Source: Candidatus Saccharimonadota bacterium (GTDB lineage Bacteria; Patescibacteriota; Gracilibacteria; UBA4473). From it: DNA of 32,000 bases. Made by a program: the position numbers and the translations under genes. Location of the stretch: NCBI GenBank assembly GCA_963677105.1, contig OY781871.1, forward strand, positions 60,001 through 92,000, given 5' to 3'. A model generated the notes under the pieces. That model was not told the DNA's origin, searched no databases, and saw only the letters and a list, made by a program, of their open reading frames with translations. This document shows positions 25,684-32,000 of the stretch, piece by piece. Within the stretch, counting starts at the first letter, position 1, and each line of letters starts with the position of its first letter.

Positions 25684-28338
25684 ATGGATTTACAAAAACT
25701 GTTTGAGAAAATTTTCGGAAGTCACAACGATCGTGTGATCAAAGAATGTCGAGCAAAACTTCCTGCTATAAACGCACTAGAAGAGGAATTTCAAAATCTT
25801 TCTAATGAAGAATTAAAACAAAAATTCGCAACATGGAAAACTATTTTAAGTGGTGAACCTGAACGCGTTGATGAATTTCTTCTAGAAGTATTTGCCGCTG
25901 TAAAAAATGTGGCACGACGATTATGTGGAAAATCCTTTCTTGTACGTGACAAAGAACAAGAATGGAACATGATTCCGTATGATGTGCAGTTAATTGGTGG
26001 AATTATTTTACATCGAGGAAATGTTGCAGAAATGAAAACAGGTGAAGGAAAAACACTTGTTTGTACATTACCGGTAATTTTGAATGCTCTTACTGGGAAA
26101 GGAGTTCATGTAATTACGGTAAACGATTATTTGGCTCAACGTGATGCAGAATGGATGAAACCACTCTATGAATTCTGTGGACTTACAGTAAATGTAATCG
26201 TTCATGGGAAAACTGAACAAGAGCGTCAAGAAGCATATGGCTCTGACATTACATATGGAACGAATAACGAATTTGGATTCGATTATTTGCGTGACAATAT
26301 GGCTCAACGTGCAGAAGATCAAGTACAAAGAGAACTTAATTTTGCAATTGTTGATGAGGTAGATTCGATTTTAATTGATGAAGCACGAACTCCTTTAATT
26401 ATTTCTGCTCCAGCAGAAGAAGGAACTGATAAATATGTTCGATACGCAAAACTTGTTCCAGGATTAAAAGCTGAAATAGACTTCTCTATTGATGAAAAAA
26501 TGAAAGTAGTTTCGCTTACACCAACTGGAATTTCAAAACTTGAAAAAACATTGGGAATTTCAAATATTTATACCGATGCTGGATTTGATGAAGTGCATCA
26601 CATTGAAAACGCACTCAAAGCTCAGGCAATCTTTGAAAAAGATCGTGATTATGTAGTAAATGATGGACAAGTAATTATTGTTGATGAATTTACAGGTCGA
26701 CTTATGCCTGGACGTCGATATTCAGATGGATTACACCAAGCACTGGAAGCAAAAGAAAATGTAGATATTCAACGTGAATCCAAAACACTGGCTACTATTA
26801 CATTCCAAAACTATTTCCGATTGTATAATAAACTGTCTGGTATGACGGGAACGGCTGAAACAGAAGCCGAAGAATTTGCAAAAATATATGCGCTCGACAC
26901 TCTTGTAATTCCAACCAATCGACCGATTCAAAGAAAAGATTTATCCGATAAAATTTTTAAAAACGAACGAGGAAAATTCACCGCACTTGTTGATGAAGTT
27001 GCTCGAATCAATGAAACAGGACAACCAATTCTGGTCGGAACTATTTCTATTGAAAAATCTGAAATGCTTTCTGTTGCCTTGAAAAATAAAGGAGTTCGCC
27101 ATGAAGTTTTGAATGCAAAACAACACGAACGTGAAGCGGAGATTGTTACTCAAGCTGGACAAAAGGGATCTGTTACAATTGCCACAAATATGGCTGGACG
27201 TGGAACCGACATTAAACTCGGTGAAGGTGTTCGTGAACTCGGTGGACTTGCAATTCTTGGAACAGAACGACATGAATCTCGACGAATCGATAATCAACTT
27301 CGTGGACGTGCCGGACGACAAGGAGACGCTGGATTCACTCAGTTTTTTGTGTCAATGACAGACGAACTTATGCGCCGATTTGGTGGGGCTCGTATGGCAG
27401 GAATGATGGAACGTTTGGGAATTTCCGAAACTGAATCTATTGAGAATAAAATGATTTCTAAATCAGTAGAAAATGCTCAGAAAAAAATTGAGGCATTTCA
27501 TTTTGATGCCCGAAAACATGTGGTTCAATACGACGACGTAATGAATGTTCATCGAGAAAAAATATATGCTCGACGAAAAACAATATTGAATACAGAAAAT
27601 ATTGATGAAGATATAACAGAAACTGCACAAAATTTATTACGAGGAGTTTGTGAAAGTTTTTGTCCTCGTCCACAACGCGACACTACTTGGGAAGACGAAG
27701 ATTTAGCAAAATCAATAAACTCTATTTGGGTAAGTGCCGAAACACCTCTTACCGCAAAAGAGATTGAAAACTTCAATAATCGTGAAGAACTTATTGAGTG
27801 GCTTTTGGCACAATTCCTCGAACGATGGCAAAAAAAATTACAAACATATCCTACTAATAAAAAAGATGAAATTGTGAAATATATGATGCTAAAAGCAATT
27901 GATGAACTTTGGCTCGCCCATATTAACGACATGACTTCCCTTCGAGATAGAGTTTCTCTTGCTGGATACGCACAACGCGATCCGGTAATGGAATATAAAC
28001 GAGAAGCCTTTATTATGTTCGAACAACTTTTATTGAATATACGAAGAACTGCAATCAGTAACTTATTCCGCATACAATTTGATCAACCAATGGAAATGAA
28101 GACCGCAGATTATTCAAATGCACAAACAAATGAAAAAGAAATTGCTTCTGGACTTGATACTGGAGAATTTGGTGCCATAGGACAAAGTCCACAAAAATTT
28201 GAATCAACTCACTCTGGTGGCGGTCACTCTGTTGTCGCTGAAAAATTAGGACGAAAATATGAAGGAGTTGGACGAAATGATCCTTGTCCATGTGGAAGTG
28301 GGAAAAAATTCAAGAAGTGTCACGGAGCACAGTTGTGA
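25684..28338 (+). CDS. secA: Preprotein translocase ATPase SecA
   Basis: FGSHNDRVIKE, Walker A MKTGEGKTLV, DEVDSILIDEARTPLIIS, TNMAGRGTDIKLG and the C-terminal zinc motif CPCGSGKKFKKCHG. Confidence 0.97.
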   Translation: MDLQKLFEKIFGSHNDRVIKECRAKLPAINALEEEFQNLSNEELKQKFATWKTILSGEPERVDEFLLEVFAAVKNVARRLCGKSFLVRDKEQEWNMIPYDVQLIGGIILHRGNVAEMKTGEGKTLVCTLPVILNALTGKGVHVITVNDYLAQRDAEWMKPLYEFCGLTVNVIVHGKTEQERQEAYGSDITYGTNNEFGFDYLRDNMAQRAEDQVQRELNFAIVDEVDSILIDEARTPLIISAPAEEGTDKYVRYAKLVPGLKAEIDFSIDEKMKVVSLTPTGISKLEKTLGISNIYTDAGFDEVHHIENALKAQAIFEKDRDYVVNDGQVIIVDEFTGRLMPGRRYSDGLHQALEAKENVDIQRESKTLATITFQNYFRLYNKLSGMTGTAETEAEEFAKIYALDTLVIPTNRPIQRKDLSDKIFKNERGKFTALVDEVARINETGQPILVGTISIEKSEMLSVALKNKGVRHEVLNAKQHEREAEIVTQAGQKGSVTIATNMAGRGTDIKLGEGVRELGGLAILGTERHESRRIDNQLRGRAGRQGDAGFTQFFVSMTDELMRRFGGARMAGMMERLGISETESIENKMISKSVENAQKKIEAFHFDARKHVVQYDDVMNVHREKIYARRKTILNTENIDEDITETAQNLLRGVCESFCPRPQRDTTWEDEDLAKSINSIWVSAETPLTAKEIENFNNREELIEWLLAQFLERWQKKLQTYPTNKKDEIVKYMMLKAIDELWLAHINDMTSLRDRVSLAGYAQRDPVMEYKREAFIMFEQLLLNIRRTAISNLFRIQFDQPMEMKTADYSNAQTNEKEIASGLDTGEFGAIGQSPQKFESTHSGGGHSVVAEKLGRKYEGVGRNDPCPCGSGKKFKKCHGAQL

Positions 28339-28358
28339 AATAACAAACTATAAAGAAT

Positions 28359-28398
28359 AAATAACAAAATTTATTTTGTACATTGAACTTTGTTATTT
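28359..28398. terminator. Candidate bidirectional terminator or stem between the convergent secA and lipoprotein genes
   Basis: AAATAACAAA (28359-28368) is the perfect complement of TTTGTTATTT (28389-28398), giving a 10-bp AT-only stem with a 20-nt loop. A third, direct copy of AAATAACAAA sits at 28338-28347. Confidence 0.3.
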
Positions 28399-28409
28399 GA
28401 AATTTGATC

Positions 28410-28838
28410 CTACAGTGAGTCGCAAACAACTGAAGATTTCTGTTTTTCACACACTTTTCGTGTTAAAATTTTCAACTCATCTTGTTGCTCTGTAAGTGTT
28501 TGAAGTTTCTCTAACGCCATTTTGTATTGTTCTATATTTTTTGATACATTTATTCCAGAAATAACGGTATTTCCTTGTAATTTCTCATCTCCTTCTTCTC
28601 CATCTTCTAAAATTTCTGTTTCCAATCGTACAAATTGTGAACGTTTTTTTTCAAATTCTTCTGCCCACAACAGAAAATGATTTTGAATTTCCGTCTGCGA
28701 AAATCGTGCTTGTCTTCCCCAACGAAACTCTTTTGCATATTCATCCCATACATCCGCAAAAGAATTTCCTTGTAAATTAGAATATGAGCATCCTGTGAGT
28801 AAAAATATCGAAAACAAAAACCATGTTTTTTTCATCAT
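28410..28838 (-). CDS. Small lipoprotein (142 aa)
   Basis: From the ATG at 28836-28838 the protein begins MMKKTWFLFSIFLLTGC, with a lipobox L-T-G-C. This ATG overlaps the TGA of the upstream gene (ATGA). Confidence 0.7.
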   Translation of the reverse strand: MMKKTWFLFSIFLLTGCSYSNLQGNSFADVWDEYAKEFRWGRQARFSQTEIQNHFLLWAEEFEKKRSQFVRLETEILEDGEEGDEKLQGNTVISGINVSKNIEQYKMALEKLQTLTEQQDELKILTRKVCEKQKSSVVCDSL

Positions 28839-30031
28839 TTTGCTACGTTTTTTAAAAATTCCCCATTTACATCCTTCCATTTATCAAGAATTTTAATCCA
28901 TATATCAAGTGTTGTGTTAAATTGTGTTAACGGAATTAATTCAGATAATCCCGTGTCTTGCATTCTTCTTTCTGATCTCACTCGCAATAAATGAGCTATA
29001 TTTTCTAAAAACTCCTCGTTTGTTTGTTCTGGCACTTCTACAAATATTTTATAAAACCATCCTGTTCGAGAACCATCGTCTTGTGCATCTCGCAATTCAG
29101 AAGAAGATTGTTGTTGGAAGAATTTCGCAAAAACTCCTTCGAGTTCTCCCATTGGCACTTGTTCTAACACAGTAATTTGTTCTGGCACATCCGGAGATTC
29201 TGCAATACTTGCATCTGCATCAACATGCATTCCTGTACTTGTTGGAATTGGTGCTCCAGTAAAAGCCATATCAAAACTTTGTGTTGTTGCTTTCCCGGCA
29301 ATTAATGAATGTGCATTTAAGTCTTCTTCAAACATTTTCGCCTGTTCGGCATATCCTCCGACAATTGATTTTTCACCTTCAGAATAATGATTCTGTGCTA
29401 TTCCATAAGGAATTAAATTATTAGCTCGTTGATCAATCCAAATATCTTCTTCTGGTGTTTCCGACCATGGATCAAATATGTCATCTTCACTTTCTATAAA
29501 AGATTCAAATTCTGGTTGTTCCGCAATTACTCCAAATAATATTTTATCTATTTCGTTCCATCGCAACACTAAATCTACGGGTGATGTTCTTTTTTTCGGT
29601 GGTAATCCTCCTCCGTCTCCATCATTCCAGATTGATGAGAGGGCCATCTTTCTTTGTAAATCATATTCCTTTCTCCATAACTCTTTTTCAAATTCATACT
29701 TAGAACGAAAAACTTCAATCCATCTATCAATATTGGTTTTTGATCCGGCATGACTATTTACAAAACTTGATAAAATTCCATCTTCTACAAATTCTTCACA
29801 ATCCTCTAGAGAAAATATTAATTCCCCTTCTTCATCGAGGAAATCTGGCCATTCTAAAACTCTCTCACAAATTTCTGTTATATCTATCTCCTGTATATCA
29901 TTATAAATTTTCCCAAACATTCCATTAAAATCAGACCAATCAGAAAATTCTTCATATCCTTTTATTGGTGTAGCAAAAGTAGTTCCAAAAAGAAATATTA
30001 ATCCCGCGAAAATAAAAATTGATTTCATCAT
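28835..30031 (-). CDS. Acidic secreted protein of unknown function (398 aa)
   Basis: Signal peptide MMKSIFIFAGLIFLFGTTFA|TP. The mature part is rich in Asp/Glu/Trp. Its ATG at 30029-30031 overlaps the upstream TGA at 30028-30030. Confidence 0.8.
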   Translation of the reverse strand: MMKSIFIFAGLIFLFGTTFATPIKGYEEFSDWSDFNGMFGKIYNDIQEIDITEICERVLEWPDFLDEEGELIFSLEDCEEFVEDGILSSFVNSHAGSKTNIDRWIEVFRSKYEFEKELWRKEYDLQRKMALSSIWNDGDGGGLPPKKRTSPVDLVLRWNEIDKILFGVIAEQPEFESFIESEDDIFDPWSETPEEDIWIDQRANNLIPYGIAQNHYSEGEKSIVGGYAEQAKMFEEDLNAHSLIAGKATTQSFDMAFTGAPIPTSTGMHVDADASIAESPDVPEQITVLEQVPMGELEGVFAKFFQQQSSSELRDAQDDGSRTGWFYKIFVEVPEQTNEEFLENIAHLLRVRSERRMQDTGLSELIPLTQFNTTLDIWIKILDKWKDVNGEFLKNVAK

Positions 30032-30816
30032 GCTGGCGGAATAGAAGCATTTAAAAATTTATCAACAAACGTTCCAAGTGCTGAACGAATTTTTGCCCAA
30101 TCTCCCTGAATTGTTTTTAATTCTTCTCGTAATGCAATTAACCAAGCATTTTGTCGACTCGCACTTTCTGCTTCTTGATACCACTGCAGCGACTCCATTA
30201 CCGCTTTCTCTGCTCTAAACCGCTCTTCTTGTATTTTTGTTTGTACTGCACCAAAATTTAAATTTCGACTTCCCATTACAATTCCTAAATCCTTTCCCTG
30301 ATCACGAAAAGATTCTTCATCCTGCATTTTTGCGTATAAAAATAAATCGTATGCACACCACTCTTGTAATACTGTTTCTGCTACACGACACGCAGAAAAT
30401 ATTTGAGATATTTCAGCAATCTCGCTTTTTTCACACTCTGAGACAAATCCATTTGCTTCTTGTTCTCCTTGTACGATTGCAAGAAATTTCGGCTGACAAT
30501 CTCCTTCTGGAATAAAAATTTCTATCGGCAAATTTGAGCGAAAAGCTCTTTGTGCTTCCTCTTTTTCATGTTTTATTACTTCTTCTAGCGCACTATCAAA
30601 AATACAACCTACTGTTTTATGAAATTTCTGTGGTTGTCCCGTCCATCCATTATCCCATTCCCCAATTGGCTCCTCAAGCGAATAATCTACTCGACTATGA
30701 CAATAGTCTTTTACGATATCTGAAAAATTCTCTCTTACTTTTTGAGGCAATTCTGCACGAACCGGAGAAATCACTCCGAGCAAACAAATCCCGAAAACGA
30801 AGAATGTTTTTTTCAC
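30028..30816 (-). CDS. Cys-containing secreted protein of unknown function (about 262 aa from the GTG at 30816)
   Basis: The GTG at 30814-30816 gives (M)KKTFFVFGICLLGVISPVRA|ELP, a canonical signal peptide, and forms a GTGA overlap with the glycosyltransferase stop at 30813-30815. The track's TTG start at 30879 would overlap the glycosyltransferase gene by 67 nt. Confidence 0.7.
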   Translation of the reverse strand: MKKTFFVFGICLLGVISPVRAELPQKVRENFSDIVKDYCHSRVDYSLEEPIGEWDNGWTGQPQKFHKTVGCIFDSALEEVIKHEKEEAQRAFRSNLPIEIFIPEGDCQPKFLAIVQGEQEANGFVSECEKSEIAEISQIFSACRVAETVLQEWCAYDLFLYAKMQDEESFRDQGKDLGIVMGSRNLNFGAVQTKIQEERFRAEKAVMESLQWYQEAESASRQNAWLIALREELKTIQGDWAKIRSALGTFVDKFLNASIPPA

Positions 30817-31943
30817 TTTTTTTTCAAGTGTACTGTCTCTAGCAAAATATTCAATGTCTCTTCTGCCGACTTGTCCCAACTAAATTTTTTTATTCGTTTA
30901 AAACCGTTTGCTATGAGTTCTTTTCTACGATTGTCATCATTTAATATGAAAGAAATTTTTTCTGTCATTTCTTCTATATTTTCTGGATCAAAATATTCAA
31001 CTGCATCTCCACATACTTCTGGAATCGCTGAAGAATTTGAAACTATTGCTGGTGTTCCTGCCGCCATTGCTTCCAATGGAGGAATTCCAAAACCTTCATA
31101 TAAAGATGGAAACACATATGCCGTAGCAGCTGAATATAATTTTTGTAAATCTGAAAAATCAACGAGTCCAACAAATTGAACTGCTTTTTCTAATTGTAAA
31201 TCTTTCACCGTTTGAAGCACCTCTGGGTAATGTGGATCTCTTCGCCCTGTAATCACTAATTGAATATCTTTTTGTGATTTTTGAACTTCCGAAAAAGCCT
31301 GTAATAAACGCACCAAATTTTTATGTTCTCTCCAAACCCCAGTGTATAATAAAAAGTTCTTTGAAAGTTTATATTTTTTGCAAACTTCATCGTGTTCTTT
31401 TTCTGTACATGCATGAAAATCAGAAGAAATTCCGTTCCAAATAGCTATAATTTTTTTAGGAGAAATGTTAAATAGTTTCACCACATCTTTCTTTGTATTT
31501 TCTGATACTGTAATTATTCTCTTAGAAGAGCGAACCGCATTTGTAATAACAACTTTATACGCAAGTTTTCTCCACCATTGTCCCATCTTTTTCCCTGGAA
31601 AAAATGAAAGTGTTGTGTCATGAATCGTTACCACACAAGGTCGACGATAAAAAATTGGCAAGTTGAAATGTGTAAACCAAACAAGATCACATTTTTCTTT
31701 TTTTAAAATCGACAAAAATTTTGTTTGTTCTGCCAAAGAATAATGCGAGGCATTTACACAAACTTTTTTTACATTTTCAGGAAACTTGAATTTCGAGAAT
31801 TCTGGTTCGTTTAAAAACAAAACCCACTCTATATCTGGTCTCAAAGAAAAAAATCTTTGTGTTATTTCAAAATTATATCGACCAATTCCCGTAAAAGCAT
31901 CCGAAAACATTCGCACATCGATTCCAATTTTTATTTTTTTCAC
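30813..31943 (-). CDS. Glycosyltransferase, GT4 (group 1) family
   Basis: The E-x7-E motif is present in YVFPSLYEGFGIPPLEAMAAGTPAIVSNSSAIPEVCGDAVEYFDP. There is an N-terminal Rossmann-like segment KIGIDVRMF...TGIGRY. The start is GTG at 31941-31943. Confidence 0.85.
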   Translation of the reverse strand: MKKIKIGIDVRMFSDAFTGIGRYNFEITQRFFSLRPDIEWVLFLNEPEFSKFKFPENVKKVCVNASHYSLAEQTKFLSILKKEKCDLVWFTHFNLPIFYRRPCVVTIHDTTLSFFPGKKMGQWWRKLAYKVVITNAVRSSKRIITVSENTKKDVVKLFNISPKKIIAIWNGISSDFHACTEKEHDEVCKKYKLSKNFLLYTGVWREHKNLVRLLQAFSEVQKSQKDIQLVITGRRDPHYPEVLQTVKDLQLEKAVQFVGLVDFSDLQKLYSAATAYVFPSLYEGFGIPPLEAMAAGTPAIVSNSSAIPEVCGDAVEYFDPENIEEMTEKISFILNDDNRRKELIANGFKRIKKFSWDKSAEETLNILLETVHLKKK

Positions 31944-32000
31944 AAAAAAAGTATCGCAGAAAATTTGATTTTTTCCAGAAAAAAAGTACTTTGCTCTGGC

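Noticed and set aside
28839-28880. Longer start (ATG at 28880) for the lipoprotein ORF.
   Set aside because: It would bury the lipoprotein signal 14 residues inside the protein and overlap the upstream gene by 46 nt. The ATG at 28838 fits the ATGA coupling pattern.
30817-30879. TTG start at 30879 for the 283-aa ORF.
   Set aside because: It overlaps the glycosyltransferase gene by 67 nt. The GTG at 30816 gives a clean signal peptide and a GTGA overlap. This remains an inference, because GTG starts are less common.

Overview
This is an AT-rich, gene-dense bacterial window that reads correctly with the standard genetic code: dnaE and secA are intact and both end in TGA. I call 14 protein-coding genes, 13 of them on the minus strand. 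I found no rRNA, tRNA, CRISPR array, transposase or integrase.

The main result concerns positions 1-8650, which look empty in the supplied ORF track. I checked every plus-strand triplet starting at a position of the form 3k+1 from 1 to 8691, and none is TTA, CTA or TCA. The minus-strand frame is therefore open throughout. An ATG at 8649 starts a gene of at least 2883 aa that runs off the left edge, and the track presumably omits it because it has no in-window stop.

This giant protein contains, in order:
- a signal peptide
- nine tandem Cys-rich repeats (C-x-D-G-I-x-N-x-D-E-T-G-I-D-C-G-G-x-C-x-x-C)
- about five Ig-like (invasin/Big-type) domains
- FG-GAP-like DLNGDG repeats
- an odd Pro-rich hydrophobic segment
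- a coiled-coil tail

It is the last member of a co-directional block that lies downstream of dnaE and a sugar nucleotidyltransferase. The rest of the block is a 182-aa two-TM protein, a 556-aa single-TM protein, a 797-aa polytopic membrane protein with a 6-Cys external loop, and a 1763-aa Glu/Lys-rich protein with no TM segment and no signal peptide. I recognise no enzymatic motif in any of these. I read the block as an uncharacterised envelope or host-contact locus.

The remaining genes are pilT, a PlsC-family acyltransferase, secA (the only plus-strand gene), and a GT4 glycosyltransferase chained to three exported proteins by consecutive 4-nt stop/start overlaps.

Other signals:
- a heptanucleotide tandem array (CAAAGTG/CAAAGTT) directly upstream of dnaE
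- two near-identical -10-like boxes (GGTAKAATTACTRGA) only 11-13 nt from the ATGs of the 1763-aa and 797-aa genes
- no Shine-Dalgarno-like motif before any independently initiated gene

The AT-richness, absent SD motifs and giant surface proteins would fit an uncultivated small-genome lineage such as CPR/Patescibacteria. That is inference only.
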